Counted from the first letter of the whole stretch, positions 49,314 to 63,069 are shown. The stretch is DNA of 63,069 nucleotides, filler included, from Globobulimina sp. (GCA_003354225.1; 41 parts of 41 records of this genome joined end to end with filler, not necessarily neighbours in it), one strand, 5' to 3'. The notes: generated from the sequence alone by a model not told the origin. Numbers and translations are program-made.

Positions 49314-50753
49314 TCCTTCTCCTTTTCCTATACGTTTTATGTTCCATTTTATCGCCTTTTGCCGCGTCCTGTGTCTGTGTCTTTGTTGCGCGCGAAGACC
49401 AGGGACGTAATAACAAGGTTGGTTTCGCCAACATATTACCAATATATTTCTTGGCCGACACCCGTTCCAAAACATATCTATATTCCTCGGAGATGGTTCG
49501 TTGTGAGGTATATACTGACGGCGCGCTGTTAAAATCAGTCAACTCTGCAACCTCTGCCAACGGGATTTGTTTTAACTGATTAAAGATCGGAAATGATGGA
49601 TATTTATGCGTTAAAATAACATGTATTCGACAGCTTAATTCTTTGCGTGCTCCATTTATTTTAATACGCATTTTATCCTCATTCGTCTGGTCAATATGCA
49701 CGATTTGCAATGGATTATTGTTGGATAACACAGTAAAGGTTTCCGCGTCGTTTTCGATGGCATGCCGAGTGCGATGCATTTGGACGATATTATCCGCCGC
49801 AGTCACATAAATCAAACATTTGTAATGATGGTAATCGGCGTGCAATACATAGGAACCTGCACTTAGGCCTTTATCGCAAACAAATAAACCATTTTCATAT
49901 TCAATTTGCTCACTATAATCAAAGGCATATTGCACATCGAATAACTTCCAATTTATAGCTTTTTCGCTTACATTGGTGTCCGAAAAATATGCTATCTTAA
50001 ATGCAGCGTGTTGATTTACACAGATTTTGCTTGGTGACAGACATTTATTTAATGGAAAGGAATAATTCTCCGTATAACCCGCACAATTAATACTTAATGA
50101 TTTGATGCCATCCATATCCGGCAACATAATCCTCCCATTTTTATCAGATTGCGCGGTTTTGGACAATGATGCTTTTAATTGGAAGAATTTGTAAGTTAAC
50201 GAACAGACAACATTCGGTATTGGCTCGCCATTCTTACCCAATATATAAATGACATACGATCCGTCACCGCCTGGTATTAAATGCGCGGTGGCTATGCCTT
50301 TGCCAGTATCAATGGCATTGATTGAAAATGTTTGCTGTCTCTGGAAGTTTTGATAACTTCCGTCAGTTTTCCTGCATTTGCACGTCAGCACAAACTTAAT
50401 AGTACGCGGATTGCCGGGCAATGCAAAGGAAGCAACCGAATCCTCCAAATCTGTAACTTTAAACTTCGAGAATTTGCGAGTGACAGTCACGCCTTGCAAC
50501 GATGTAATGGACAGATCCAAAGTCACAGCCTTTAATAACTTCAACGAAACCTGGCACGCATTGATAAACAAAGCATTTTTCACAATCACTTTGGACTCTT
50601 GCTTTTCTAATAAAGACTCGCGATCCACATAAAAGGACGTCTCCAGCCTATAATTTTCGCACTTTCTCTCCAACTCCGCCAACACCGAATAGTCCGCCAA
50701 CTGCGGCGAGGAACAAATGATTTTCGTAGCTCCCGTCGAGGCCGAATAAGGAA
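49314..50753 (-). CDS. Internal part of a large AbpF/planctomycete-type protein
   Basis: ILGKNGE and EEYRYVLER...KYIGNMLAKPTLLLRPW; frame open across the contig. Confidence 0.55.
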
Positions 50754-50853
50754 NNNNNNNNNNNNNNNNNNNNNNNNNNNNNNNNNNNNNNNNNNNNTTA
50801 ATTAATTAANNNNNNNNNNNNNNNNNNNNNNNNNNNNNNNNNNNNNNNNNNNN

Positions 50854-51284
50854 AAAAGAAAACAAAAAAGATGAAAGATTTGGAAAATGAGAGCGATGAA
50901 AGATATGTGTTAAGGAAAGAAGAGGAAGATATGGATGGGAACAATGGAGAGGAGGTTAACAGCGACATTTCAATCGACACAAAAGTAATAAAACCGAAAA
51001 AGAAAAAGAAGAAAAGACGCAAATCCAAATCAAAACAAAAAGGTGAATATAATAAGGAACAAATTGAGTTTGTATTCAACACATTGAATGAGGAAGGAAA
51101 TGGTGTCATTTCTGTCAGAAATATAATCCACGGATTTCGTTCAATTCATCAGGAAGATTCCATTGACGTTAAATTGGCCCAAGACATGTTACTTTATGCT
51201 GACAAACAATATGACAATGATTTTGTGGTAAAATTTCCGGATTTTTTGTCCATTTGTCGTTTGTCAAATTTATGTTACGAATGA
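50854..51284 (+). CDS. Protein with C-terminal EF-hand pair (partial)
   Basis: IEFVFNTLNEEGNGVIS...DMLLYADKQYDNDFVVKFPDF. Confidence 0.6.
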
Positions 51285-52082
51285 ATTATTTTCTTTGGTC
51301 ATTTTATTAAATTCTTGTTTAGCAATCACGGAAACATAAACTATCCCAACCACAGCAAACAATGTCCCAACAATACTCACAACCAAAACAATAGGATCGC
51401 CACCAACAGATTCACCCATTGCACCCAATGTGCCACCAATAAAACAATACGCCAAAGCACCTGGCATCATAGCAACATGCGCAATATTATAAGCCCGGAA
51501 TGTAACACCTGTTAAACCCATCAAATAGTTAAGTGCACCAAAGGGGATAACAGGTGATAGACGCAATAACACCGTCACTTTAAATCCGTGCTGTTCCACG
51601 ATCTTATCAATAATATCAAATTTCTTATATTTCAGTTTGTAGGATGCGATGTTCTCTCTAAATACAAATCTGCCCAACAAAAAAGCTGTGGATGCACCCA
51701 ATCCAGCACCTGATATCACCACTGCAGTCGCTAAAAATAAGCCTGTCCACTAAATTCATTTCAGATTTATCAGATGTTTCTATATTTTGTGTCCATATAA
51801 GTTATTACTAAACTGGTCCTGCAACTGCACGGAAGACAAATCCTGCGCCAATTGTCAATAATGAAGCTGGTATAAACATTACCGTACAAAACCAGTACAC
51901 ACCGATAAAAGCAAATGATCCTCGGACTGGATTATCTTGCATCCATTCGAGGAAAAGTTGCAGATATTTCAGGGTTTTTTGTGATTGACAATAGTTAATA
52001 CGATAAATGTTAGTATTGCTGCCACAATTACAATTTTTAACCAATTTAGAGCTTTTAAATACCACTTTGTTGTTGAGATCAT
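51270..52082 (-). CDS. TVP38/TMEM64 (DedA/VTT) membrane protein, spliced, with one homopolymer frameshift
   Basis: FIPASLLTIGAG, FLLGR, LLRLSPVIPF..LNY. The A6 run at 51975-51980 needs one more A to join the N-terminal TM segment from ATG 52082. Confidence 0.85.
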
Positions 52083-52128
52083 CTGTATCTCTTCAAAACC
52101 TACTTCAAAATAAATCCACTAAAAAAGC

Positions 52129-52293
52129 ATGTCAAACAAGAAACGAACCGCATCTGAGGCAAAACTGCGTGCAGCCAATGCACCATTACCAAAAAAACCT
52201 AAATTTAATCCTCCACGAATTATTGATGCAACAAAATGGAAAACTGTTTCGCCAATAAAGCGTAATGCAGTAAAAAGAAAAAGGTGGAAATGT
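52129..52293 (+). CDS. 5' end of a divergent gene (basic protein)
   Basis: ATG-started frame open to the contig edge. Confidence 0.45.
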
Positions 52294-52393
52294 NNNNNNN
52301 NNNNNNNNNNNNNNNNNNNNNNNNNNNNNNNNNNNNNTTAATTAATTAANNNNNNNNNNNNNNNNNNNNNNNNNNNNNNNNNNNNNNNNNNNN

Positions 52394-53332
52394 ACAGGTT
52401 ACTCTTTGTTTCGATTTTAGACATATTTTAATTATCAAATAAAATGCTAATGGTATTATCATATAACATGTAATGCCAACAAATACTGGCAATAATACAT
52501 CAAATTGCTGCCATACATTGATATTGTCGTTGGATGATGATACTTTTGTTGTATTTTGCATTATTATCTCTTCAATTTCTTCTAATATCTCGATTGATGT
52601 TATATTATAAGCACCATAATTTGCAAAATAATGAATATTTATACCATTTTCCGGAAACGAATCAAAGAATTTGCATTGTTGCTCATTATTAAATGTGATT
52701 GAATTATAACCGTACCAGCCATATATTGGATAATTTATCATCTTAAATCTCAACGGAAATGCATCGATATTATGAATTTTAGGTAGCATAAAATTGCTTT
52801 TTTCTGTATAATTTGAACACGGAGTCCATTCACCAACATCACAGACTCGGCCATTATCAGTTTTGTTGAGTCTAGCAATGTTACCCATTTGTCGGGGAAA
52901 ACGAGGAGAATCATAATCGAGAATGGTTGAATTGTCACACCATGGATATATCAAATTATTTTTTGATATCGCTGCGTTTGAACCATCTAAAAAAATATCC
53001 AATGCAACATAATGCCCGAAATTATCCTCTGTGTTTAATGTCAATGTAAACGACATTGATTCCTCTAAATCTTTTTCGCCATTGATAATAAATTCAAAAT
53101 ATGTGATTGAATCATTAGGGAATCCCCAGGTTTTGCCATCTAAAGATATTACTATGTCAGAAGGTCCCCATTTGTTGTCCTGCACATAACTAATTCCATT
53201 AGTTATGTTTATCTCTATACCATTGATATTGGCTGCATCTGGTGTCAATATCACAGAACTATTTCGAGCTACAGAGCTACAAACAACGTTAACACCAACA
53301 CCAATAAGAAGACATAGTAACTTAAAAGCCAT
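52394..53332 (-). CDS. Signal-peptide, single-TM surface protein (hypothetical)
   Basis: N-terminal signal peptide, extracellular domain and a TM helix near the contig edge. Confidence 0.6.
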
Positions 53333-53534
53333 GATACGATACTAACACAAACATCAACACTGGTTTTTGGAAACTCATCGTTTAAATAAATCTTTTTGTC
53401 CAATAAAAGTATTAAAGATATAGTGATTTATTTAAGATACAGATAAGATACAATAAAAGTAATAAAAATATATTGATTACTACAACTACAATATAAATAC
53501 GCAAAGAATATTATAAATAAAAGGTGTATTATTA

Positions 53535-53833
53535 TTATATTGCTCCATAAAGCATAGCATTTCCATATGCATTGTCATCCATTAATTTCTTCATCGTTTC
53601 ATCATTACCTTTCTTATAAACGTATTGTTTAATGACAGTATACACGAACAACACCAGAATAATTAATACCAGAATAGTCAATGTCATAAACATAGAATAA
53701 TCAGAACTATGATTTACCAGACCGTTTATAATATATTGTTGATTATAAAACCATGTATTATTTATATTCTCGCCACAAAAGGATTGTAATTCATCATTAT
53801 TACTCCAAAAAGTGCCCAGTTCATAACTTATTC
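53535..53833 (-). CDS. 3' end of a TM-anchored protein
   Basis: Open frame ISYELGTFW...CGENINNTWF, a TM helix, then YGAI*; not in the ORF track. Confidence 0.5.
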
Positions 53834-53933
53834 NNNNNNNNNNNNNNNNNNNNNNNNNNNNNNNNNNNNNNNNNNNNTTAATTAATTAANNNNNNNNNNN
53901 NNNNNNNNNNNNNNNNNNNNNNNNNNNNNNNNN

Positions 53934-55373
53934 AGAAATGCAAAAAAGAAACCATTGGCACAATTGCAAAAACGATGGAAAGCATTACAAAAAATGTACT
54001 GTGAGTCATTACCAATTACAAATGATGGTGAATTTGATTTAAATCTAGAATTTAAATGGGAACATGATGGATGTGGTATGTTTGAAAGTTGTGATGAAGC
54101 TCAGCCCCGACCAGATACTAAAAATCCAGCAAAAGTTTATTTTGTTGAACCATTAAGTTTAGAAATAAATAAAGGAGAAACAAAATCTTTTAAAGTATGG
54201 TGTTTTCCATCATTTTGTGGTAAGTTTGTAGATATTTTGCAATGTGAAATTGCGAATAATCCAAATCCAATGCAATTAAAATTCCAATGCAGTGGTTGTG
54301 TGCCAAAAATTGAATTATCAACAAATAAAATTGATTTTGATCGACAAATTGTTGATACAGATACATTGAAACAAAATATTATTTTGAAAAATACATCATT
54401 AGTGTCTGCGCGATGGAACATAACAAAGTTGGAAGAGATGCCAAAAGAATTTAAATTCTCAAAGATGAATGGGAATATTGCCACAAATAGAAAAGAAACC
54501 ATTTGTATATCATTTACGGCATCGCAGATTGAAAAACAAATATCGCATTGTGTAGATTTAAATGTTTTGGATACGCGAAGTATTAGCAATAATAACGAAT
54601 ATTTTAGCAATGAAAGCATTGAAATATGTGGTGAATCATTTAAGATGTTGCCAGAAATTAATTTAACAGATTCGCATTTGGATTTTGGTGTAGTTAAAGT
54701 GCACAGCAAATCCGTGCAAAAATTTAAGATCTCAAATAATGGAAAATATTCATTAAAATATAAATTAATATCTAGTGGTAAAGCTGCCATACGAAAGTTG
54801 GTCAAATCAAGTTTAATAATAACACCGTCATCAGGTAGTATTGAAGCAAATGACAGCGTTGAAATTGTATTAATATTCCAATCGAAAAATGAGATTGAAC
54901 CATTACAGAAAATACAAGCATTGAAATTACATATTATTGAAGATACAAAAGATTGCGTTTATGAGAGCATACCCATTCGAATCAGTGTCAGTTGTGTTTA
55001 TGCCAAGTTTCATACGGTCCCGCAGTCGACAATTAATTTAGGCTCTGTTGAATTATTAAAAACAAGAACAAAATCATTGGAATTGTATAACGACGGCGAT
55101 TTTGATCTGGAATATGAGATTGTTACAAGTTTAGAAACATTAGAATTGAAAAATAAAATGTGTTTACAGGAAAAGGAGGATAATATTAATGAAATAACAT
55201 ATGAAAGCAGTGAACATGAGGAGAGTGAGAATAAATTAATAATTGGTCGTTATATAATATATCCATTCAAAGGTGTTGTACCCATTCAAGGCTATAAATC
55301 CATATCAATTACATTGGACGCAGTGGAATTGAAGTCATTTAAGGAAGGAATTTATTTATTTATTAAACATTGC
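53934..55373 (+). CDS. HYDIN-like axonemal protein, tandem ASH/PapD-like domains (internal fragment)
   Basis: Repeated 'LDFG.V......F.I.N.G' and 'I.P..G.I' units; 'IANNPNP...CSG..P...IDFDR'. Confidence 0.7.
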
Positions 55374-55668
55374 NNNNNNNNNNNNNNNNNNNNNNNNNNN
55401 NNNNNNNNNNNNNNNNNTTAATTAATTAANNNNNNNNNNNNNNNNNNNNNNNNNNNNNNNNNNNNNNNNNNNNGGTGATTCGACGTGTTCTTACATTTGT
55501 AATATATAAAAATAAATTTCAATGGATTAAATCTAATATTAAAGCAACAGAACCTTTGTCAAATTGCTCTTTATCATAACTTTTTTTCTACTGAAACATT
55601 GTGTTTCTGTCTCTTGAATACGAACTATCTGAAGATGTGTATTTGTATAAAGTTTTGTTGACTTAAGC

Positions 55669-56913
55669 ATGTCCTTTACAAGGCGCGCAGGCTCCGCAGG
55701 AGAAATCTCAGACTCATCAAATGATTCACTGTCATCACACACATCCTCCAGAACGGACAGTGTATCCGAATCATCCTCAGATTGGGATGTTACTTCATCA
55801 GACAACGACTCATCCGATAACACCACATTAGCTCATTCTTGTCTGCCATCACCCTCTGAACGCAGCATCGAGTTCGATAATCATTTCTCATTCGATCAGC
55901 TCAACCATAACCATCACAACAACACTTATATCGAAGGTGAGCTGTCCCATTTTCGTTCAAAATCGTCTGAAACCAACGAAAGGGAAAAGCTTCCATATTT
56001 ATTAAAAATGACCACCTCACATTACAACGAACCGGAGGTGGAAACCGAAGCCATATTCGACCTCCAAATAGATTTAGGATATTATTTATATTCGCTCTTC
56101 TATCCATACACCAATTTGCAAGCCCTCCTATTCTCGCAACCGCCGCCCTATGAAAAGATAAAAAAAAAGAAGCACTTCAAACTGTACCAAGAACAGCACT
56201 CAATCGACGAAATTCACGATGAAAACACCGAAATGAGCATGGATTGGAACAATACCACACACATTGTACGCATAGCCGGCTTATTGGAGCGCTTATTAAA
56301 GAGCGCCGGGCCCAAAGGCATTGAGGAAATCGCCATTTATCAAATGTTTTCCTCGCCCTCTCCCCTTCGCATTATCTACGAACTACGCTTTGGTTTATAT
56401 AATAATCTCTGCATTATACATTTGGACCGCTTTGGGCGGCGCACTTTTTATTATTTCAACCACGAGGATGAACGCAATTTCTTTAACTCTGATCTGACGC
56501 ATTCCAACCTGTTCAATGCAGTGGATGTCGATGGTTTGTTTGATTTTATACGCGATGAGAAACGCAAATCTATCCTCGATATCAGTATCTCGCAAACGAA
56601 CACGATTAAAGACGATAAAAATGTGGCGACAATGGTCCATAATGATAATCCCAAACCAGCGCCCATTAAAACTAACATATCCATTAATAAACGCAAAAAA
56701 AAGAGGAAAAAAGGCTCGAGGAACGGTGCCAGGCCGCGATCATCGACCACTACGACCACTATCACCACGTTTACACAGTCCAATTATGGCCACACGTCGC
56801 CCAGAAGCACCACAAAGAAGACGCGGAGTACGGTGAGTTCGCCCATTGCACCTCAAACAGCGGTTGACACAGTCAAATTCGAGAAGAGAGATGCGAAAAA
56901 AAGCACCATTACC
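55669..56913 (+). CDS. Hypothetical Ser-rich protein (partial)
   Basis: Long ORF; no family recognised. Confidence 0.55.
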
Positions 56914-57253
56914 NNNNNNNNNNNNNNNNNNNNNNNNNNNNNNNNNNNNNNNNNNNNTTAATTAATTAANNNNNNNNNNNNNNNNNNNNNNNNNNNNNNN
57001 NNNNNNNNNNNNNCTCTTGGTTGTGCATTGTGCAATGATTTTAAATATTCTACAGTGTTTTCTTAGCTTTACTTCACTGCATATATCACTCGTGTCATGT
57101 GTGACTAAATGAACACAACAGTAATAATCCTTATATTACTAATCCTCTCTTTATTCGTCGGTCTGACAGTTATTGTATTTGGAGTTTCCGAAACTGAACG
57201 ACACAAAAAATACAACAGAAAATACCCAAAACTAAATCCTAAGCAATCAAAAC

Positions 57254-58452
57254 ATGTCTAACAACAACACCATCGCCACTCCCAAATCCCTCGCCGTCCC
57301 AATTGTCAAACAACGCCTATCTCAGAAATTTGGCAGTTACTTTTCTAAATCGCCCAAATTAACCAACAATCGAATAGCTTCTCCCAAACACGCCACCAAC
57401 AACGACCAGAAACAATCCAACGACCAACTATTTAAAAACTTTGCCGGTACGGGATTGATGGTAGAAAGTCCACACAGCACATCCATGCAACGCCTATCCA
57501 ACAGCACGGACAATTCAACAACGCCACATAGCACCAATTCAAACTCATTGGATATGGCTTTGCCTCTGGACAACAGAACCAATGTCATATTCTTCCCAAA
57601 TGATAATAGCAACACCAATCTGCCGCCACCCTCACCACCACTCACTCTCTCCACACAGCCATCTGCCAATACCAGGTATATACAGTTAGTCAAAGAGTAT
57701 ATCATCGACACAGAGTCCACGGCTTCCTCCGACATACAAGACGATATTTCCTCCGTTGCTTCTGATGGTATGTACTGTATATTGCGAATAACCGTAACTT
57801 ACACCGCAACTCAACAGAGCTACATTCCTGGAAACGGCCGCCACGAATTGCCCCTCCACCACCGCCGCATGCGAGGCCACCACCTTTGCCCATAGCCCTA
57901 CCCATGGAACGCAAACGTAATCAAACCTCCTCATCCATGACATTAACCAAACGATTGATATCCATACCGAAACAATTGATGAATAAAGACACATTACGCA
58001 TTGATGTGGCTGCTAAAAATAAGCGTAAGCTACGCAAATACAGCAAATCTGCACTGTCCACACCCAACGATTCACCAAATCAAGTTCCATGCATTGACAA
58101 TGATGACGACACTCACAATCATAGCCATAGCCATAAACTCACCCAATCCGAGATCGTGAATAATCCCTATATAGAAAACTTTGATTTTAGTGCCATTGTC
58201 GAACATAAACAGATCAATAACGCCTTACCGCCGCCATTATCGCCGCGGAATAGTCACCATATACCGCACAGTTTGGGCAGTACCGGACGGCCCTCCTCTG
58301 CTACGTTTAAGAGCTATCGACCGAGACAGAACTCCTTGCCACATTACGAGATACCGACGAGTATGAATTACAGTCGATCCTCGCACAATTTATACGTCGC
58401 AAATGGCAGCAAATGCAAAACCAAACCCAAGCCACCGCCAAATGCGCCGTTA
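57254..58452 (+). CDS. Hypothetical low-complexity protein (spliced, partial)
   Basis: Two long ORFs with a probable intron starting near 57768. Confidence 0.5.
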
Positions 58453-58552
58453 NNNNNNNNNNNNNNNNNNNNNNNNNNNNNNNNNNNNNNNNNNNNTTAA
58501 TTAATTAANNNNNNNNNNNNNNNNNNNNNNNNNNNNNNNNNNNNNNNNNNNN

Positions 58553-58691
58553 CTAGAACAATAAATAGAACAAAAAATAGATCAATAAATAGCACAAAAA
58601 ATAGAACAAAAAATAGAACAATAAATTAAACAATAAATATAACAATAAATAGAACAATAAATAGAACAATAAAGAACAATAAATAGAACAG
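58553..58691. repeat. 12-bp tandem repeat (ATAAATAGAACA), about 11 imperfect copies
   Basis: Directly visible at the contig start. Confidence 0.9.
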
Positions 58692-59849
58692 AAAATGAAT
58701 CTATAATCCGAACCAGATTCATAACTTGTTTAGAACCATATATATTTTTGGAACTCAAAGAATTACATGTTTATGATGAAAGTAAGTTTTTTTTTAAGTG
58801 ATCTGTGCGGATCGACTGTGCCGACATCACATGGCATTGAACACATGCAATTTCGCCTAGTTTTGGAAGGAATCCCGTCATTTAAAAAGCTGCTTAATTT
58901 AAACATTGATGATAAACCATTTACAAACATATGCAAATGTATGAAACGATCATACTACACACTTTTGACCATGTTTATAACAAAAATAAAAACGAATTTT
59001 TCATGAACAAAAATATACAATAATAATATAACAGAATATTCTGGCAAATTGATGCAACTCATAAGTTAATATAGAAATCCAGATTGATATCGCATACTAA
59101 ATTTCGATCGTTTCTAAACTGGTTGAATCAAAAAAACATGCCATAAAACAAAACAAACTAAAATAAAACAACACAAAAAATGCAAAACAAAACAAGCAAA
59201 TGCAACACAAGCCGTTCAATTAGTATTATTTTCGTATCCAAATCATAATCATTTTATCGTTAAAGCAAAAATGCCTAATGTTTGGTTGTAGCTACTTTCT
59301 TTTGTAAAGTTTGCCGCCATGATTACATTCGTATGATTTGTAGCTTCAAGTTTTAACAATATTTCTGAAATTCAAGCACTTGGATATTCACGAAAATTTC
59401 ACGAAAAATATGCAAATTTCAGCAATTTTTGATGCACAATACGGTGGAAATATCAATCGTTGTATTAGTTCAAGATAATGGATAGAAAAATTAAGCTAGC
59501 AAAAATTGTGAAAAACGAGAATCTCAAAAAATCAGCATGTACATTTTTGAGTTTTAAATTACACATTTTTGAGCATGAACGGTTCATTTAGGACCTTGCA
59601 AATATAACAAAATAAATTTAAAACACGTAAATAAAGCAAAATAGAATAAGACAGAAAAAAAACCAACAAAATAAAAAACGGAATAAAATAAAACAAAACA
59701 TACAAAATAAGCAAAATAAAACACGGAATAAAAATAAAACAAGATACAAAACGGAAAAAAATTATCCTTGCACAAACACAAAAATTCACATCAACCAAAT
59801 ATAATATATAATATATAATATATAACACAAACCTGTAGGGCTATCGCCA

Positions 59850-59917
59850 GTGCAACAACAGGATTTGAACCTGTATCCCTGGCGATCGCCAGTGCTCTAT
59901 ATTTGAGCTATGTGCAC
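59850..59917 (-). ncRNA. tRNA-like element (68 nt) whose anticodon arm is a perfect palindrome
   Basis: GTGCACA-TA-GCTC AAATATA GAGC-A-CTGGC GATC GCCAG-GGAT-ACAGG TTCAAAT CCTGT-TGTTGCAC. Confidence 0.65.
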
Positions 59918-61169
59918 ATAAACAATCACAGAGCGCAAAGATACTGTGTTGCGAGATAAATAAATCCAAATTACAATACTACAAAATAAAGNNNNNNNNN
60001 NNNNNNNNNNNNNNNNNNNNNNNNNNNNNNNNNNNTTAATTAATTAANNNNNNNNNNNNNNNNNNNNNNNNNNNNNNNNNNNNNNNNNNNNTGTGCTCAA
60101 ATTGAAAATAAATAAGTGACCCCACTCATAACTAAAAATGTCAAACACTTTTGTAAATACTACGAAACAAACACAAACGTTTCGTTGTATCATACAGTCC
60201 TAAAAAGCACACCAATCAAAACAAATAAATAATAAAAAACAAAAATTGGATTGGTTGCTAAAATAAACAAAACAAAACAAAACATAAGAAGTCATTCAAA
60301 TTAAAAACGAAGTCATTCAGATTATTTCACTGTGTTTATCCAATAATCATTGTAATTAAATCTTCTTCATTCACATTTGCATCCAACAACAAAATCAATG
60401 GAGACTATGCCATCCGAGATTTGCCACTCTTTTGACGAGATTTTAAATTATGCTGATTATGGACAGCCAAACATGACGCACTCACTCGATATTTCACCAA
60501 TACGTAAGCCACGATTTAATTCATTGATATCCATCTTTGCTGCGTTGCATTGAAATCATTGGCAATCTCTGCATCGCCACCATCATCAATCGCATCTGGA
60601 AATATGTATGCTTCCATAATTTTTTGTGTTATAATTATTCCATTTGGTGATGTTGTATCATACTGATACTATGAAACTAAATTATTAATCCACGCAGCTG
60701 GCAAACAATCCTCTTAAAGTAAGTTAACATTAAAAGTTAACGTTTCAAAAAACCGTTAGTTCGACACTTTGGAGTAGAACCTGTTTGTTTTTTAAATATG
60801 CAAATTAATCCGAAAAACAGCATAATTTGACCATCTAATTTGAACAAAAATGAACACATCACCAAGCCTCAACAATTTAAAATCACACAAAATGACTTGC
60901 GAATGTCAAAATATTTGGTGAAATGTGTTTAGATGGATTTTTGTGTTTAGAGAATTGAATGATCGATTTCAAAAAAAGAAATGCAAAATATGAATTTAAT
61001 AATATAGTAAGGTAAGAAGTAAGTAATATACGTATACAGGTATACTATAGTAAGTAAGTAAAATAGTAAATAAAAAAAAAATATAAACACACGCAGGCTA
61101 CAAAAATGAAAAGGAATTGAATTGAATTGAATTGAAGGGAATATTAATTATAATATTAATATTAATTAC

Positions 61170-61530
61170 TTATTTTCTACGATCATCGTCATATTGAATC
61201 TCTCCAAAACCGGTCTTCCGCATCCAACACGTGATCGCAAATGCAATTGTTAAGAAACAGGCGGCGACGACGATAGCAACCCACCACTTGCCATCATCAT
61301 AAGGGCGCTCAGGGAAATCCTCTGCAAACACCAACGACATCATAGTCATTAATTTAATTAAGATATTCAAGGCCGGGCCGGAGGTGTCTTTGAATGGGTC
61401 ACCGATGGTATCGCCCACCACAGCGGCCTGATGTTCAGAGGATCCTTTTCCTTTATCTTGCCCCAACCGGTCTGCTTCGATGTATTTCTTGGCATTGTCC
61501 CAAGCTCCGCCCGCATTCGCCATGAACACC
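61170..61530 (-). CDS. Membrane H+-translocating pyrophosphatase, C-terminus
   Basis: [14 protein letters not shown] and [23 protein letters not shown]. Confidence 0.95.
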
Positions 61531-61664
61531 NNNNNNNNNNNNNNNNNNNNNNNNNNNNNNNNNNNNNNNNNNNNTTAATTAATTAANNNNNNNNNNNNNN
61601 NNNNNNNNNNNNNNNNNNNNNNNNNNNNNNAACTTGGATTTTAAAACACTACAAAATATTTATA

Positions 61665-63009
61665 TTAATTGTCAGAATAGTAAGCATATTCAAATTCAGC
61701 TGCAGTGGACACAGTGGTGGAGCCAGCAAGTGAATTGCCTGATAGTTTCCTATTGTCATGATCTGGAGTATCGACAGACACATATCCACCAAGGGTATTG
61801 ACCCCAATACGCATTGACAATCCTTTTATATATTTGCTATTCCGTCTCACGAAACATCGAAATAATGATTTATGACAACATTTGCAACATCTATAATATT
61901 GCCGATGACAGAAATTAAAATTCAATAACATCAGCAATGAATCAAGTGTGGCAATCACACTCCGCGCACAATATGTGATGCCAAACTCTTTCCGATACCC
62001 ACTGCTGTCCGAATCATCCCCAGTTAGATATGTATACAAATAATAATACACTAAAAACATTGCATATAACATGTTAAACAATATGGCCATTAATGTCAAC
62101 AATGCCAACCTCGTGACAATCGTAGTCAATGTAACCTGTCTGTTATCCATCACCGACCATGAAACCTGCGTTACCGTATCGTACTCATTTGCGTCCACAG
62201 ATATATCTTTGGCTGAAGCTGTAACTGCGTCATAACCGTAGTCATGCTCTGTGTTCGTATTCGTCTGTTCGATTGTTTTATGTGCACCGGTCCCGTCATC
62301 CAAGTCTTTCCCATCCACTCTGTAGGTCTTGTTCACAATCACTTTGTTCATTTTCTGTATAAACAATACTAACACCATCACATTCAAAGTGAAATCAAAT
62401 AACATAAACGATATCAATGAGAAATCATCCAAAAAATCAAAGTCATCCATATTGTCCTTATTGTAGTATCCTAAGACCATAATCATGGCACAACTCACGT
62501 AGCAACATGCGGTGAGTACGAATAAAATGAATATTGTGCAGGCTGATAATCTGTATCGCGTATTCACTGTGTTGTGTATTTGGATGTATGTTGTTATATT
62601 TGTTGGTGGAGATATAATTATTGTACGTACCAAAGGTGATGTACAATCTTGTAAGGATCAGGAAATAAAATGAACAGTAGGCCATAAAATATGCGATATC
62701 TGCAGCCATTCTGTTGATATCATCATGGTTTGCACATTTTGTATTGGATTCTAATAAACAAAATACGACATGAACTAAGTCATTTGCACAGCCAATGTTT
62801 GCTGTTAGAATGAGAATTAATGCTACAAAGACTACCAGTAATTTTGCTTTGTAGTTGTTGCGTCGTCTTCGACTTTGGATATTTTTAGGTCTTTGTTTTC
62901 GTTTATAACACATTTCGTAGAGAATGATAGATAATAATATTGTGTTCATTACCATCCATAGTGATAGAAATGGGATTGTTAAATAGAATCCGTTGAGATG
63001 AAATGACAT
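61665..63009 (-). CDS. 7TM-like membrane protein (two exons)
   Basis: An intron at about 62567-62630 joins RLYITF to VNTRYRLS; about 7 TM helices and a Cys-rich tail (YYRCCKCCH). Confidence 0.6.
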
Positions 63010-63069
63010 GATTCAAAATATTGACTTAAAAAAACAATACTAAAACTAACAAAAATATGGCAACTAAGT

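Noticed and set aside
59559-59828. Hydrophobic Phe/Ile/Leu-rich ORFs (also 45812-46033 and 47315-47515)
   Set aside because: Translations of A/T-rich low-complexity DNA.

Overview
This is not a continuous locus. It is 41 unrelated contigs of 1442 down to 1439 bp, sorted by length and joined by 100-bp artificial spacers (N44-TTAATTAATTAA-N44), so adjacency across spacers has no biological meaning. Almost all contigs come from an AT-rich, gene-dense microbial eukaryote that uses the standard code and has short (about 50-85 nt) GT-AG introns. Its gene repertoire suggests a foraminiferan or other rhizarian (inference). One contig (40074-41513) is prokaryotic and phage-like, and the end of another (about 5815-6068) looks bacterial. 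Best finding: a spliced gene at 28027-29186 encodes a myristoylatable ARF-family GTPase with circularly permuted motifs (G3-G4-G5-G1-G2) fused to a VWA domain. Other notable items are two tRNA-like elements with collapsed anticodon arms, a nested-hairpin MITE-like element, a GRASP gene bracketed by a 119-bp inverted repeat, an intron-containing Harbinger-type transposase, and pseudogenes with microhomology or templated-insertion scars. All family assignments come from motif recognition; no database searches were run.
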